A DNA stretch of 64,000 nt from Chlorobium phaeobacteroides (GTDB taxonomy: Bacteria > Bacteroidota > Chlorobiia > Chlorobiales > Chlorobiaceae), in assembly GCA_016776555.1 (NCBI GenBank), contig JADHTF010000002.1, positions 63,857 through 127,856 on the forward strand, given 5' to 3'. Position numbers and translations under genes: made by a program. Under the pieces are notes generated by a model. It did no database searches and had not been told where the DNA came from. It was given only the letters and a program-made list of their open reading frames with translations. Positions 30,893 to 42,759 of the stretch are shown piece by piece. The first letter of the stretch is position 1; each line of letters starts with the position of its first letter.

Positions 30893-31804
30893 TTATTGCC
30901 CGATAAGAACGGAGGCTCCTTTGCCGTCGCCCATAATGATGACTTTTGAGTTCTCTGATTTCACAAGGTTCTGCAGGGCTTTTATCTGTTCGTATTTCAG
31001 TAGTTTATCAGTCAGTGATCGTGCAAGGATCTGCTGATAGTCGGAAATACCCTTTGCTTCGACACGTTTTCTTTCAGCTTCCTGGGTCTCCTTCTGCAGA
31101 ACGAACTCCATTTTCTGGGCTTCCTGTTCAGCATTGATCTTTGCCTCGATCGCGGCTTTTACCGACTCGGGCAGGGAGATGTTGCGAACAAGCAGATTCT
31201 CGAGAATCAGACCGCGGCTGTCAAAATCAGCACTGATGCTGTCAAAAATTTTTGTTTGAAATTCTTCCCGTTTTTTTGAATAAAGGTCTATTGCATTGTA
31301 GCTGACAGCATTGTCCCTTATGCGTGTTCTGGCTGTCGGACGAACGATTTTATCGATATAGGAAAGTCCCGGGCCGATCTCTCTGCGAATTTCAGGTGCC
31401 TGAGCAGGATTGATGCGGTAGAGCACGGTCATGTCGATGGTGACCTCAAGGCCGTCCGCGCTCAGCACTCGTATCGGTGCGTCACTTAACTGGGTGAGCT
31501 CGGATTCAGTTCCGGACATCGTATAGGTCTGGGTGGTGATATCAAAGAATTCGAGCTTCACCAGCGGGTTGATGATGTTCAGTCCGCTGCCGAGCACTTC
31601 CTGCTGGACCTTTCCGAACAGTACTTTAACGCCGACTTTACCGGGTTCGACAATACGGATGCTTGCCGTCAGAAGGCCTAAAATAATAGCGAATATGCCG
31701 CCTAGTTTAAACAGCCCTGAAAACCGCAGCAATGAAGGATTGAGGGTGCGGGCGGTAATGCCTATGAACAAAAGAATAACGCCGAGAAACAGGAGTGAAG
31801 TCAT
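30893..31804 (-). CDS. SPFH/prohibitin family membrane protein
   Basis: Two N-terminal TMs, band-7 domain, AIEAKINAEQEA...EAERKRVEAKG coiled coil. Confidence 0.88.
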   Translation of the reverse strand: MTSLLFLGVILLFIGITARTLNPSLLRFSGLFKLGGIFAIILGLLTASIRIVEPGKVGVKVLFGKVQQEVLGSGLNIINPLVKLEFFDITTQTYTMSGTESELTQLSDAPIRVLSADGLEVTIDMTVLYRINPAQAPEIRREIGPGLSYIDKIVRPTARTRIRDNAVSYNAIDLYSKKREEFQTKIFDSISADFDSRGLILENLLVRNISLPESVKAAIEAKINAEQEAQKMEFVLQKETQEAERKRVEAKGISDYQQILARSLTDKLLKYEQIKALQNLVKSENSKVIIMGDGKGASVLIGQ

Positions 31805-31925
31805 GATGGTGTTTTGATTTTTTTCGGTTATTGATTCATTGAATGCTACAAAGTACGATTATTTTTTTTCTACTCTCTTTTCTTTCCTGCCGCAAAGGAT
31901 CTCTCTTTTCCGCCTGGCGATTGTA

Positions 31926-34883
31926 TCAGTAACCGAAAACGTCCTCAAGGGTCAGGCTGGTCACTGTGCCGAACCGGCCGAGGGTTTCCATGTCAAGGTT
32001 TTCTTTTTTGCCCAGGACCAGCAGCGTATACCGTTTATCTGCAAACCGGTCTTTGTGGAAAGCGGCAATATCGTTAAAGCCGAACCGGTCGACTTTTTCA
32101 AAGATATCTTTGCGGATATCATGGTTCAGGCCGAGTTTTTCCGCTTCCTCTCTGGTAAAGAGTATTTTTGATTTCGTGATGCGATCCGTGCGGATTTTGC
32201 CGCGTATTGCCTCTTTTGCCGTAGCCAGCAGGTCCGGAGATTCAGGAAGGTTTTCAAGCAGTTCCGTGATGCCGTCAAGGGCTTCAGGGAGTTTGTCTGC
32301 CTGGGTGCCTATATAGCTGAAGATGTAATGATGCTCATCCTTGTCTCTGGGGATGCGGTATACGGAAAATACTGAATAAGCCAGCGCTTTGGCTTCACGA
32401 AGTTCCTGAAACACGACAGATGACATGCCGCCGCCGTAATACTCGTTGAAAAGCGTGATCAGCGGAACCTCCTGGGCATCGTAGAGCCTGTCTCTTGACA
32501 GCATCAACAGTTCGGCCTGTGTCATATCATAGTCTACAACGTAGACCCGGCTTTCTTCCTGCCCGATTTCCCTGAAGGGTTCAGAGGCAGGGAGAGGGTT
32601 GAGTTTCTCTTTAAGGTGCGGTAGACCGCTAAGTTTTCCGGCAATGTTTTCCGGCTTTTCAGGGCCATAGTACAAGACTCTGTGGCGGTAGTGAATCAGC
32701 GTATCGATTTCCTCGAGAAGTTCCTCTGAAGATATCTGTTGCAGTTCCTTGTTGTCAAGGACGTTGGTGAAGGGTGATGATGAGCCGTATCTTCCGAAGT
32801 TATACATGGCCTCAAACAGAATTTTTCGCTTGGAGAGCTTGTCGTCCGCGCGTTCCTTGAGCACGCCTGCCTTGAGTTTTTCAAGCGCTTCGGTGTTGGG
32901 CTGCGCATCTGTCAGAAGCTCTTCGAGCATATCGAGCGCGGCATCGAAGTTTTCCTGCAGACCGGATAGTTTCAGGTAGAGGTGGTCGTCAGAAGTGAAT
33001 GCCGAGAAACTTGCGCCGATTTTGTACATCTCCTGGCTGAATTCAGCCGGGCTGTGTCCCGATGTTCCGAGATAACCCAGATAGTCCAGAGCCAGATCGA
33101 TCGTTTTCGAATGATTGGTACCGGTATCGAAAACGTAGTAGAGCGAAAAGAGCGTGTTGTCGGTGTTTGTGACCGTAAAAAGTGGTGTCCCGGAGGTTAT
33201 CTCAAGTGATTGTATGTCCTTGTCGAAATCAACAAAGACAGGGTCAATCTCTCCGGTTTTTTGTGAGAGTATGTTTTCAGCGAATGTTGACGTTCTGTCC
33301 CGATTGACCGTGAGGGGGGTTATCGGCGGTTTCTCGATCTTGGGTGCCAGGGCATCCTTTCCGTGTTCCTTGTAGATCGCGATATAGTTTTCTCCGTAAC
33401 GTTCCTGTGCGAATTCGACGATTTCCTTTTTCGTGATACGGTTCAGCCTGTCGATCCTGCCTTCCACGCTGCTCCAGTCAAGGCCGAGAACAAATGCGTC
33501 GACAAAGCTCTCTGCGCGGCCTTTGTTGGATTCATAGGTTTTGAGCTCTTCAAGCTTCAGATCGTTGATGACCGCTTCAAGCAGCCAGTCCGGGAAATCT
33601 CCCGTTCTTACTTTTTCAATCTGTTCAAGAAGCAGATCCCTGACCTCGTCGAGGCTCTGTCCTTCACGGGGTTTGGCACTCAGGATATGTGCCGAGTAAT
33701 CCTTCATCTCGACCACCATCGATCCGGCGTCAAGTACTCTCTGTTCCTGATTGAGGCTGAGATCGATAAGTCCGGCAGTATGGTTATAGAGGATTTTATC
33801 AATGAGCGTCAGGATATCCATATCTCTGGAACCTGAACCGCCAAACCTGAATCCCATCACAAGTTCTTCGGCTTCAGGCCCTTTGACCCGGGTTATTTCC
33901 GGCTTGATGATCGGATCTTCCCCCGCCGGGGTGAATGCCGGTATCTCTCCCGGTACAAGGGCGGAAAATTTTTCATCGATCAGTTTGATGGTTTCATCCG
34001 GATCAAAGTCACCGGCCAAGCAGATCGCCATATTGTTCGGCACATACCAGGCGCGGTAGTATTCTATGACATTTTTAATCGAAGGGTTTTTCAGGTGTTC
34101 AGCTTCACCGATGGTTGTCTGCGTGCCGTAGGTATGATTTCTGAAAAGTCCTGCAAAAAGATTTTCCCAGATTTTCCGGCTGTCACTGTCCATTGTCATG
34201 TTTTTCTCTTCATAGACAGTTTCAAGTTCCGTATGGAAAAGCCGCATTACCGGGCTGCGGAACCGTTCGGCTTCTATCGAAAGCCACTTTTCAAGCTGGT
34301 TCGACGGAATGTCATTCAGGTAGACAGTCTGTTCTACCCAGGTATAGGCGTTTGTCCCTCTGGCTCCTATCGAACTGAGCAGCTTGTCGTATTCGTTGGG
34401 AATGGTGAGCTTTGCCGCGAAATTGGAGGTGCTGTCTATCTGACGGTAGATGTCGGCCCTTTTATCAGGGTCATCCGTAGAGCGGTACTCTTCATAGAGG
34501 TCGATGATTTTCTGCAGTTCGATTTTTTCCTGATCATAGTCGAGGGCGCCGATTGAGTCTGTACCTTTGAACAGCATATGTTCGAGGTAATGCGCAAGAC
34601 CGGTTGTTTCCGCCGGATCGTTTTTGCTCCCTGCCCTGACGGCGATAGAGGTATAGATTCTCGGCTCATCCTTTTTCGGGCTCATATAGACCGTCAGACC
34701 GTTTTCCAGTGTGTAGATTCTCGTATGCAGCGGATCGTCGGGAATGGAAACGTATGAATACTTGTTTTCTGGGCTCATGGCAGTGCAGGATAGTAAATGA
34801 AAGAAGACAATACAGGATGTACAGATGGCGACGAGGCGGTTAAGAAGCGGGGTGTATGTACTGCTGGAAAGAAACAGAATCAT
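31926..34883 (-). CDS. M16 family zinc peptidase
   Basis: Inverted zinc motif [22 protein letters not shown]; start uncertain. Confidence 0.9.
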   Translation of the reverse strand: MILFLSSSTYTPLLNRLVAICTSCIVFFHLLSCTAMSPENKYSYVSIPDDPLHTRIYTLENGLTVYMSPKKDEPRIYTSIAVRAGSKNDPAETTGLAHYLEHMLFKGTDSIGALDYDQEKIELQKIIDLYEEYRSTDDPDKRADIYRQIDSTSNFAAKLTIPNEYDKLLSSIGARGTNAYTWVEQTVYLNDIPSNQLEKWLSIEAERFRSPVMRLFHTELETVYEEKNMTMDSDSRKIWENLFAGLFRNHTYGTQTTIGEAEHLKNPSIKNVIEYYRAWYVPNNMAICLAGDFDPDETIKLIDEKFSALVPGEIPAFTPAGEDPIIKPEITRVKGPEAEELVMGFRFGGSGSRDMDILTLIDKILYNHTAGLIDLSLNQEQRVLDAGSMVVEMKDYSAHILSAKPREGQSLDEVRDLLLEQIEKVRTGDFPDWLLEAVINDLKLEELKTYESNKGRAESFVDAFVLGLDWSSVEGRIDRLNRITKKEIVEFAQERYGENYIAIYKEHGKDALAPKIEKPPITPLTVNRDRTSTFAENILSQKTGEIDPVFVDFDKDIQSLEITSGTPLFTVTNTDNTLFSLYYVFDTGTNHSKTIDLALDYLGYLGTSGHSPAEFSQEMYKIGASFSAFTSDDHLYLKLSGLQENFDAALDMLEELLTDAQPNTEALEKLKAGVLKERADDKLSKRKILFEAMYNFGRYGSSSPFTNVLDNKELQQISSEELLEEIDTLIHYRHRVLYYGPEKPENIAGKLSGLPHLKEKLNPLPASEPFREIGQEESRVYVVDYDMTQAELLMLSRDRLYDAQEVPLITLFNEYYGGGMSSVVFQELREAKALAYSVFSVYRIPRDKDEHHYIFSYIGTQADKLPEALDGITELLENLPESPDLLATAKEAIRGKIRTDRITKSKILFTREEAEKLGLNHDIRKDIFEKVDRFGFNDIAAFHKDRFADKRYTLLVLGKKENLDMETLGRFGTVTSLTLEDVFGY

Positions 34884-35464
34884 GATACCTGAATTGAGCG
34901 ATTCAATAGATGCAAAAAACTGATAAGATTTTATTTTTTAATCTGTTATACGTTTAACTACATCTGATGTAAAAAAACATTGGGTGAACGTGAAAAAGAT
35001 CAGAAATCTGCATCTATTGAATCCCGTAGGGATTGACGATCATACTGCATCTTCTTTGTTACAGTGAACTTGCGGTAGTCCACTACAGCTGCGTTCCCTG
35101 CGCCTCGAATCTACAGCATGATCGACAATCGCTCAATTCAGGTGATAGAAAAACCGGTTTCACCTGTTGCCTTTTGAGAGAAACTTCATGGTACAATCCT
35201 GAGAAAGAACTAACAAATTTTATAAATAGTTTATTTGGTATGGTGACACAAAACCTAGCCGGTGATCGTAAGCGTCTGTTTTGCATCATCTTTTTACGTC
35301 CTGAGTTGAGCGGCAATCCCATAGGGTTTCAACAAAGGCTATTTTTATGCTTTACGGTCGCGCAACCCGTCGGGTGATGTCCGCTGTCAGAAAATTAAGC
35401 ATAATGTATTTGTTGAAACGGTCAACGCAGGTACGTGTAATGAGAAAAGAAACAGCAGGTGATA

Positions 35465-37537
35465 ATGAAAGGAAAAGGAGAGCAGGTGTTCAGGCTTGAA
35501 AGCAGTTATGAACCAGAAGGAGACCAGCCCCAGGCGATCGAGGCGCTGCGGCAGGGTGTTATGGATGGCCAGACAAACCAGGTACTGCTCGGGGTAACCG
35601 GTTCAGGGAAGACCTTTACCATGGCAAATGTCATTGCGGAGGTGAACAAGCCTGTATTGCTGATCAGTCACAACAAGACGCTCGCAGCACAGCTTTACGG
35701 GGAACTGAAACAGTTTTTCCCTCATAACGCGGTGGAATACTTCATCAGTTACTATGATTTTTACCAGCCGGAGGCCTATATCCCGACGATGGATAAATAC
35801 ATAGCGAAAGATCTGAAGATTAACGACGAGATCGAGAGGCTTCGGCTCAAAGCCACCAGTTCGCTTCTCAGCGGCAGAAAAGATGTGATCGTTGTCAGTT
35901 CGGTGAGCTGTATCTACGGCCTCGGGGCTCCGGAAGACTGGAAGGCGCAGATCATCGAACTCAGGGTGAACATGGAAAAAGAACGGGACAGCTTTCTGCA
36001 GGAACTGATTTCGCTCCATTTTGTTCGTGATGACAGTGACCTCGCTCCCGGAAAATTCAGGGTACGCGGTGATGTCATCGATCTTGTTCCCATGCACGAA
36101 GAGAGCGCGTTACGGGTGGAGTTTTTTGGCGACGAGATAGAACGTCTGCAGCTTTTCGATCATACGACCGGTGAGATATTTGAAGACGAGGAGTATGCTT
36201 TTATCTATCCGGCACGCCAGTTCGTTGCAGGAAGGGAGAAACTGCAACAGGCCATGCTGGGTATAGAAGACGAGCTTGCTCATCGCCTGAACGTGTTTCG
36301 TTCAGGAGAAAAGTTTGTTGAGGCCCGGAGGATCGAGGAGAGAACCCGCTATGATCTCGAGATGATCAAAGAGCTTGGATACTGTTCAGGAATAGAAAAC
36401 TATTCCCGTCATCTTTCAGGGAGAAAGGCGGGGGAACGTCCGTACTGTCTGCTGGATTATTTTCCTGAAGATTATCTGGTGATCGTTGACGAGTCGCATG
36501 TGACCTTTCCCCAGATTCGCGGTATGTATGCCGGGGACCGTTCAAGGAAAACCATACTTGTGGAGTACGGTTTCAGGCTTCCTTCCGCCCTCGATAACCG
36601 TCCGCTGCGCTTTGAAGAATTTGAAACCATGGTGCCGCAGCTGATCAGTGTCAGCGCCACACCGGGGGACTATGAACTCAGGCGGTCGGGAGGATCGGTG
36701 GTCGAGCAGCTTGTGAGGCCGACCGGTCTGCTTGATCCAGAGATCGTTGTTCGCCCGGTCAACGGGCAGATTGACGATCTTCTCGAAGAGATCAGGAAGC
36801 ATACCGGAAAAGGCTTCAAGAGCCTGGTCATGACGCTGACCAAGCGTATGAGCGAAGATCTTCATGATTATCTCAGAAAAGCCGGATTGAGAACCCGCTA
36901 TCTCCACTCTGAGATAAAGAGTCTTGAAAGGATGCAGATCCTCAGGGAGTTGCGAACCGGAGAGATAGATATCCTCGTCGGAGTCAATCTTTTGCGTGAA
37001 GGCCTTGACCTTCCCGAGGTATCGCTCGTAGCCATTCTTGATGCTGACAAGGAGGGTTTTCTCCGCGACAGTAAATCCCTGATGCAGATCGCGGGCCGCG
37101 CTGCCAGGAATGTTGAGGGGATGGTTGTGTTTTACGCCGACCGGATAACCGCATCCATGCGGTATGTTATCGATGAGACAGAACGGAGAAGGAGTGTACA
37201 GAGGAAATTCAATGAAGACCACGGGGTTATTCCGGCTTCTATCGTTAAATCGGTCGATCAGGTGCTTGATACAACCGGTGTCGCTGATGCGGAGGACCGG
37301 TTCAGAAGAAGGCGCTTCGGGCTGGAGCAGCGCTCCCGGAGAGGTATCGAGGATCTTGTCGGTTCCCTGAAACGCGAGGATCTTTATGCGATGGCTGAAG
37401 AGCTGAGACTGGAAATGCAGGAGGCGGCGGAAAGCATGGAATTTGAAAAAGCGGCATATCTTCGGGACGAAGTCACAAAACTGGAGGATGCCGCGGAGGA
37501 AAAACGAGAGAGCGAAGGGGGAATGGATAGTGGATAG
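35465..37537 (+). CDS. uvrB: Excinuclease ABC subunit B
   Basis: [30 protein letters not shown]-terminal UVR domain; stop codon lies in the heptamer array. Confidence 0.97.
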   Translation: MKGKGEQVFRLESSYEPEGDQPQAIEALRQGVMDGQTNQVLLGVTGSGKTFTMANVIAEVNKPVLLISHNKTLAAQLYGELKQFFPHNAVEYFISYYDFYQPEAYIPTMDKYIAKDLKINDEIERLRLKATSSLLSGRKDVIVVSSVSCIYGLGAPEDWKAQIIELRVNMEKERDSFLQELISLHFVRDDSDLAPGKFRVRGDVIDLVPMHEESALRVEFFGDEIERLQLFDHTTGEIFEDEEYAFIYPARQFVAGREKLQQAMLGIEDELAHRLNVFRSGEKFVEARRIEERTRYDLEMIKELGYCSGIENYSRHLSGRKAGERPYCLLDYFPEDYLVIVDESHVTFPQIRGMYAGDRSRKTILVEYGFRLPSALDNRPLRFEEFETMVPQLISVSATPGDYELRRSGGSVVEQLVRPTGLLDPEIVVRPVNGQIDDLLEEIRKHTGKGFKSLVMTLTKRMSEDLHDYLRKAGLRTRYLHSEIKSLERMQILRELRTGEIDILVGVNLLREGLDLPEVSLVAILDADKEGFLRDSKSLMQIAGRAARNVEGMVVFYADRITASMRYVIDETERRRSVQRKFNEDHGVIPASIVKSVDQVLDTTGVADAEDRFRRRRFGLEQRSRRGIEDLVGSLKREDLYAMAEELRLEMQEAAESMEFEKAAYLRDEVTKLEDAAEEKRESEGGMDSG

Positions 37538-37649
37538 TGGATAATGGATAATGGATAGTGGATAATGGATAATGGATAATGGATAATGGATAATGGATAA
37601 TGGATAATGGATAATGGATAATGGATAGTGGATAGTGGATAGTGGATAG
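37524..37649. repeat. Heptamer tandem array (TGGATAR) x18
   Basis: 18 contiguous TGGATAG/TGGATAA units; unit 2 supplies the uvrB TAG. Confidence 0.95.
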
Positions 37650-38070
37650 TGGGGAGGACTGGAGATGGGAGAGAAAAGAGAAGCAAGAGACGAGAGTTGA
37701 GAAGGGCGAAAGGGCGAGGGAAAGAGTGCTGAGCAATGAGCGATGAGTGTGGAGTGTGGGATGTGTTAGGAGTTAGGTGCTATGTGTTAGGTCGAAGATA
37801 AAATTGAGAAGAGTTGAGTTGTTGAATTGATGAGAAGGAGGGCAAATGATTAATGTCGAATGACTAATGACTATTGAATAATGAATAGTGGAAGACGGGG
37901 AGAGTGGGGAGTGTTAGGTGCTATGTGTTGGGGGGCTGAGTTGCCATTGAGCTATCCAGCCAACCAGCGAGTTTGTTTTTTTCTCGTCACTCGTTACTTG
38001 TCACTGCTGCAACTATCTTTACAAATCACTTTTCCTTTTGACTTGCTCTCGTCACTCGTTACTATACTGT
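37650..38070. repeat. Mosaic of degenerate 7/8-mer repeat modules
   Basis: Modules shared with 46964-47200, 56310-56415 and 57181-57570. Confidence 0.75.
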
Positions 38071-38147
38071 ATAAGGCAGAACAACAAGATCATGAAGCGC
38101 ATTAACCGGCGAAACGTTATCTGTAACATTCAATATTCCAGCTGTAT

Positions 38148-40343
38148 ATGTTAGCACAGATAGAAAAAGAGCAGTATGAGAAAATGCATGAGATCCTGCG
38201 GCTTGCCCGCCAGAATCTCAGGGATTTCGACGAATCCCTGATCCAGAGGGCATTTTTTCTGTGTTATCGGGCGCACGAAGGTGAAAAACGCGCTTCCGGG
38301 GAGCCGTTTTTCTATCATCCCGTTGAAGTTGCCAAGATCATGCTGACCGAACTTCCTCTTGACGGAGTCTCGGTTGCTGCCGCTCTGCTGCATGATGTTA
38401 TTGAAGACAGCGAGTATACCTATGAGGATCTTACTGCCGAGCTGGGAAGTGAAGTATCGGATATCGTGGAAGGCCTGACCAAGATATCCGGGATCATGAT
38501 CAACCGGGAGATCACCCAGGCTGAAGGTTTTCGCAAGATGCTGCTCTCCGTGGTAAAAGATGTGCGGGTTATTCTGATAAAGTTCTGTGACCGTCTGCAC
38601 AATATGAGAACCCTCGACGCGCTTCCCGAGCATCGCCGCCTGAAGATCGCGCTCGAAACGAGAGACATCTATGCGCCTCTTGCTCACCGTTTCGGTCTTG
38701 GAAAGATGAAGATCGAGCTTGAGAATCTTGCCTTTAAATACATCGATCCGGATATGTTCGAGAAGGTACAGAAGAAAGTGCGTCTCAGCAGGGGGGAGCG
38801 CATAGCATATCTCGACAAGATGATTGTGCCGATCAAGCGGGACCTTGAAAAGCAGGGGTTCAGGATAGAAGCTCAGGGCAGGGCCAAACACCTGTTTTCC
38901 ATCTACAACAAGATGCGCAACAAAAACAAGAAGTTCGAGGATATACATGATCTGTACGGTATCAGGATAATTATCGATACCGAGCGGATTTCGGACTGTT
39001 TCGCGGCTTACGGCTATATTACCCAGAAGTATCCTCCGCTTCCTCAGCACTTCAAGGACTATATTTCCATACCGAAACACAACGGCTATCAGTCGCTTCA
39101 TTCAGCGATACTGGGGCCGAAAGGAAGAGTGATCGAAGTACAGCTGAGAACGAGAAGGATGCATGAATTTGCCGAGTTCGGAGTTGCTGCCCATTGGAGG
39201 TATAAAGAGAAGGTTTCCAAGGACGATGCAAGTATTGACAGCTTCCTGAAGTGGGCACGTGATCTTATCAATGATGCCGATTCAGCAGCTTCATTTATGG
39301 AAGGCTTCAAGCTGAACCTTTATCATGAAGAGATCTATATTTTTACACCGAAAGGTGATATGAAAACGCTTCCCGCGGGATCAACGCCGATTGATTTCGC
39401 ATACGCGATTCATACAGAGATCGGTAACGGGTGTATCGGCGCCAAAGTGAACGGAAAGATTGTCCGTCTGAACTCTGAGCTGAAATCCGGCGATCGGGTC
39501 GAGATCATTATCTCGAAAAACCAGAAACCGAAAGTTGACTGGCTGAAGACGGTCAAGACCCATCGCGCGCGCATCAAGATTCGCTCTGCCATAAACGAGG
39601 AACGCCGTATTCAGATTGAAAAAGGGCGCAACATGTGGGACAAGATGCTCTCCAGTACGAAAAAGCTTCTGACAGAAAACGATATTATCAAGCAGGTCAG
39701 AAAATACGGTATCAAGACTCCTGCTGATTTCTTCAGCGCGTTGGCAAATCAGCAGATCGACGGTCAAAAAGTGATCCAGAGCCTCGCGGAACAGGAGCAT
39801 CCGCCTTTCACGGCTGAAAAAAATGACGATGACGGATTGGGTTTCGATACGTTCGCTGAACAGGCACGAAAGGGAAGAGAGGGCGAGCTTTTCGGGAAAG
39901 ATGAGGTTATTATCGAGGGATTGCCCAATATCGCTTACTCCTATGCCAAATGCTGCAAGCCGGTACCCGGTGACGATATCATCGGTTTTGTGACCAGAGA
40001 GGGCGTCGCGAAGATTCATAGAAAAAACTGTGTGAATGTCAGCAACGAGAGCCTGCTCAAAAGTGAGCGCGTCGTCAGTGTCGCATGGAACAGAAAAGTT
40101 GAAACGGAATTTCTCGCGGGAGTCAAGGTGATCGGGGAGGACAGGATGGGTATTACCAACCATATAACCGCTGTTCTCTCAAAATCAGACATCAATATTC
40201 GCAGTATCTCTCTCCATGCCAGAGACGGCATGTTCATCGGGACAGTGATGATCTACGTTCGGAATATATCCCGTCTCAAGGCGCTTATTGATAAAATCAA
40301 GAAAGTACAGGGGGTTTTTTCCGTCGAGCGTCTCAGTAGCTGA
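38148..40343 (+). CDS. relA: Bifunctional (p)ppGpp synthetase/hydrolase (RelA/SpoT homolog)
   Basis: HD domain LHDVIED, DRLHNMRT, YQSLH, TGS domain, AKCCKPVPGD, ACT domain. Confidence 0.93.
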   Translation: MLAQIEKEQYEKMHEILRLARQNLRDFDESLIQRAFFLCYRAHEGEKRASGEPFFYHPVEVAKIMLTELPLDGVSVAAALLHDVIEDSEYTYEDLTAELGSEVSDIVEGLTKISGIMINREITQAEGFRKMLLSVVKDVRVILIKFCDRLHNMRTLDALPEHRRLKIALETRDIYAPLAHRFGLGKMKIELENLAFKYIDPDMFEKVQKKVRLSRGERIAYLDKMIVPIKRDLEKQGFRIEAQGRAKHLFSIYNKMRNKNKKFEDIHDLYGIRIIIDTERISDCFAAYGYITQKYPPLPQHFKDYISIPKHNGYQSLHSAILGPKGRVIEVQLRTRRMHEFAEFGVAAHWRYKEKVSKDDASIDSFLKWARDLINDADSAASFMEGFKLNLYHEEIYIFTPKGDMKTLPAGSTPIDFAYAIHTEIGNGCIGAKVNGKIVRLNSELKSGDRVEIIISKNQKPKVDWLKTVKTHRARIKIRSAINEERRIQIEKGRNMWDKMLSSTKKLLTENDIIKQVRKYGIKTPADFFSALANQQIDGQKVIQSLAEQEHPPFTAEKNDDDGLGFDTFAEQARKGREGELFGKDEVIIEGLPNIAYSYAKCCKPVPGDDIIGFVTREGVAKIHRKNCVNVSNESLLKSERVVSVAWNRKVETEFLAGVKVIGEDRMGITNHITAVLSKSDINIRSISLHARDGMFIGTVMIYVRNISRLKALIDKIKKVQGVFSVERLSS

Positions 40344-40364
40344 ACGAAGCTCCTTCATGTTTTT

Positions 40365-41192
40365 TCAGAAGAACGCCTTCATGGTATACCAGGTGCCGGC
40401 TCCCAGTTCAGGGTGTCGCTTCAGGCTTATGTCGCCTTGAAAGCCTTTGTATCTGAACCCGGCTCCCCCTGAAAACGTTGAAGGATCTGTTGTAAACCCC
40501 GCTCTCAGAAAGAGAAAAGAAGCAACACGTACTTCACCGCCGGAACGGAGCCTGAAAGATCTGTTTTCCTGCTTTTCTGCCGCAGCGCTCAGTATGATGT
40601 CCTCAGCCGGTCTGTAGGACGCGCCGATAAAGGAGGTCAGGGGAGCTTGCTCTCCTCCCTCTCCTGTCTCTGGCCGGTTCACATTGAAAAAAGCGATACC
40701 TGCGTCCAGTGAGGGAGAAAGGGCTGCAATGGCGCCGAGATTGATGCCGAGGGAGGAAACAGGATTGTTTTCACCGCTGTCTCTTTCAAGGAGACCGGCT
40801 GAAATTCCTGCTCGTACCGGGCCTGCTACCCTGGTCGAGTAGGTAAAGAAGGTGCTTGTTTCGCTGTAGAGGGATGAGCCGAAATAGTGGTATGAAATCC
40901 CGGCATTTCCATTTCTGTCAAACGGCAGGTCACTGGTTGACACTGACGCGTAAAAGCTGTCAAGGGTGCTGTTTCCGAACGGTCTGGTGTAGGAGATTCC
41001 CGCTGACCAGGCATCGATTCCGCCTCTCGACGCAGGATTGTAGAACGTGCTGAACGGATCGTTTTCCAGCGCGCACCCGGCTCCTCCCATCGCTTCGACT
41101 CTTGCGTCCGGGCCGCTGTGTTCAAAACTGCCGAGCACGGTCCCGGCAGTGAAGAAGAGAGGCACTATGAAAAGCAGTATACGTGCAATCAT
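40365..41192 (-). CDS. Outer-membrane beta-barrel protein, PorV/FadL-like N-terminal motif
   Basis: Signal peptide; ARVEAMGGAG.A..ND....YNPA motif; amphipathic strands; C-terminal Phe. Confidence 0.55.
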   Translation of the reverse strand: MIARILLFIVPLFFTAGTVLGSFEHSGPDARVEAMGGAGCALENDPFSTFYNPASRGGIDAWSAGISYTRPFGNSTLDSFYASVSTSDLPFDRNGNAGISYHYFGSSLYSETSTFFTYSTRVAGPVRAGISAGLLERDSGENNPVSSLGINLGAIAALSPSLDAGIAFFNVNRPETGEGGEQAPLTSFIGASYRPAEDIILSAAAEKQENRSFRLRSGGEVRVASFLFLRAGFTTDPSTFSGGAGFRYKGFQGDISLKRHPELGAGTWYTMKAFF

Positions 41193-41386
41193 GATTGTCG
41201 GGTGTATAAAAGAAGTAGTATATGAAATTATTTCAGATAAAACCAGAAAAGGTTTCTGTGGGATTTTTTTGCGGTTTTTCGGTGGTTGACAAGAAATCCG
41301 TATCTTCTTACACGTTATCCCCCAGCTTGGTCTCAGGTTTCAGCACACGATCAACTGAAATGTTCATAAACGCAAGGAGCACGTTC

Positions 41387-41974
41387 ATGAAATCCGGTTT
41401 ATTCAGAGTTATTATGTTAGTCCTTATAACCGGCATGTTCACCGGTTGCGGCTATAACACCATGCAGCAGAACGAAGAAGCGGTCAATAAGTCATGGGGT
41501 GATCTTGAATCACAGTTACAGCGAAGAGCTGATCTGGTTCCAAACCTTGTTTCAACCGTAAAGGGTGCAGCTGATTTTGAACAGGAAACACTCACCAGGG
41601 TTATTGAGGCCCGCTCAAAAGCCTCATCAGTTCAGCTTACTCCTGAAATGCTCAGTGATCCGGCTGCGATGGCGAAATTTCAGAGCGCGCAGGGCGAGCT
41701 TTCGTCCATGCTTTCCCGTCTCATGGTCGTTGTCGAGAGGTATCCCGAGCTGAAAGCCAACCAGAACTTCAGGGATCTTCAGAATCAGCTGGAGGGTACC
41801 GAAAACAGGGTCAGTGTAGCTCGACAGCGATACAACGGAGCGGTAGAGACGTTCAACTTTTCGATCAGGATGTTTCCAAACTCCCTGACCAACGGCATTG
41901 TTCTTCATTTAAAGCCCAAAGAGTATTTCAAGGGCGATGCAAGTTCTCAACAGGTCCCGCAGGTTGAATTCTGA
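41387..41974 (+). CDS. LemA family protein
   Basis: RBS AAGGAG; lipobox TGC; [35 protein letters not shown]. Confidence 0.92.
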   Translation: MKSGLFRVIMLVLITGMFTGCGYNTMQQNEEAVNKSWGDLESQLQRRADLVPNLVSTVKGAADFEQETLTRVIEARSKASSVQLTPEMLSDPAAMAKFQSAQGELSSMLSRLMVVVERYPELKANQNFRDLQNQLEGTENRVSVARQRYNGAVETFNFSIRMFPNSLTNGIVLHLKPKEYFKGDASSQQVPQVEF

Positions 41975-41976
41975 GG

Positions 41977-42759
41977 GTGCGGAGTATTCTGAAAAGCCGG
42001 ATATGGCTGGCTGCAGTCTTCAGCGGGTTGTGTTTCCTGCTGCAGCTTTCTGTGCCACTGCCGCTTTATGCTCTTGAAGTTCCTGCACTGACCGGTAGAG
42101 TTAACGACTATGCTTCGATGATTTCTCAGTCCGTAGAGCAGGAGATTGATGACCGGCTGGCCCGCCTCGAAGAGACAGAGTCGACACAGATCGTCGTGCT
42201 TACCATCGATTCTCTTGAAGGTGACCCACTCGAAGAGTATTCCATTCGGGTCGCCGAAGCGTGGGGGATAGGTCAGAAATCGATTGATAACGGGGCCCTG
42301 CTGCTGGTTGCAAAAAAAGAACGCAAGGCAAGGATCGAAGCAGGCTACGGATTGGAGGGGTCACTGACCGATCTTGTCGCGGGCAGAATAGTCGATAATG
42401 ACATCGTTCCTTTGTTCAGAAACAATCGTTTTGACGAAGGTTTTGTCCGCGGTGTCGATATGATGATCGCTGCCGTTCAGGGTGAGTATGTCGGGGAGGA
42501 AAAAGCTGTCGCAGAAGAGAGCGAAGGATCGCTTCTTCCGGTTCTTATCATTCTGATACTGATTATCTATTTTTACAGTCAGGTGCCAAGGGGTGGAGGA
42601 GGTCATGGTTCCGGTCCTTTGATATTTACCGGAGCTCCCGGAGAGAGGGGTTTTTATGGAGGCAGCCGCGGCGGCTTCGGCGGAGGCGGTTTCGGTGGCG
42701 GTGGTTTCAGCGGGGGCGGCGGTGGTTTCGGTGGCGGTGGCGCTTCCGGAAGCTGGTGA
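41977..42759 (+). CDS. TPM domain protein (YgcG-like) with Gly-rich tail
   Basis: VNDYA, WGIG...DNG.LLLVA, IEAGYGLEG, GGGFSGGGGGFGGGGASGSW. Confidence 0.88.
   Translation: MRSILKSRIWLAAVFSGLCFLLQLSVPLPLYALEVPALTGRVNDYASMISQSVEQEIDDRLARLEETESTQIVVLTIDSLEGDPLEEYSIRVAEAWGIGQKSIDNGALLLVAKKERKARIEAGYGLEGSLTDLVAGRIVDNDIVPLFRNNRFDEGFVRGVDMMIAAVQGEYVGEEKAVAEESEGSLLPVLIILILIIYFYSQVPRGGGGHGSGPLIFTGAPGERGFYGGSRGGFGGGGFGGGGFSGGGGGFGGGGASGSW

Noticed and set aside
37384-37736. Minus-strand ORFs with IIHYPLS repeats
   Set aside because: Translation artefacts of the (TGGATAR)n array, antisense to uvrB.
37763-37791. TTAGG units as true telomeric sequence
   Set aside because: Only a few degenerate units among many other unit types; the telomere comparison concerns polarity, not homology.
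42655-42755. GGC/GGT-rich repeat
   Set aside because: Encodes the ordinary Gly-rich tail of TPM/YgcG proteins.
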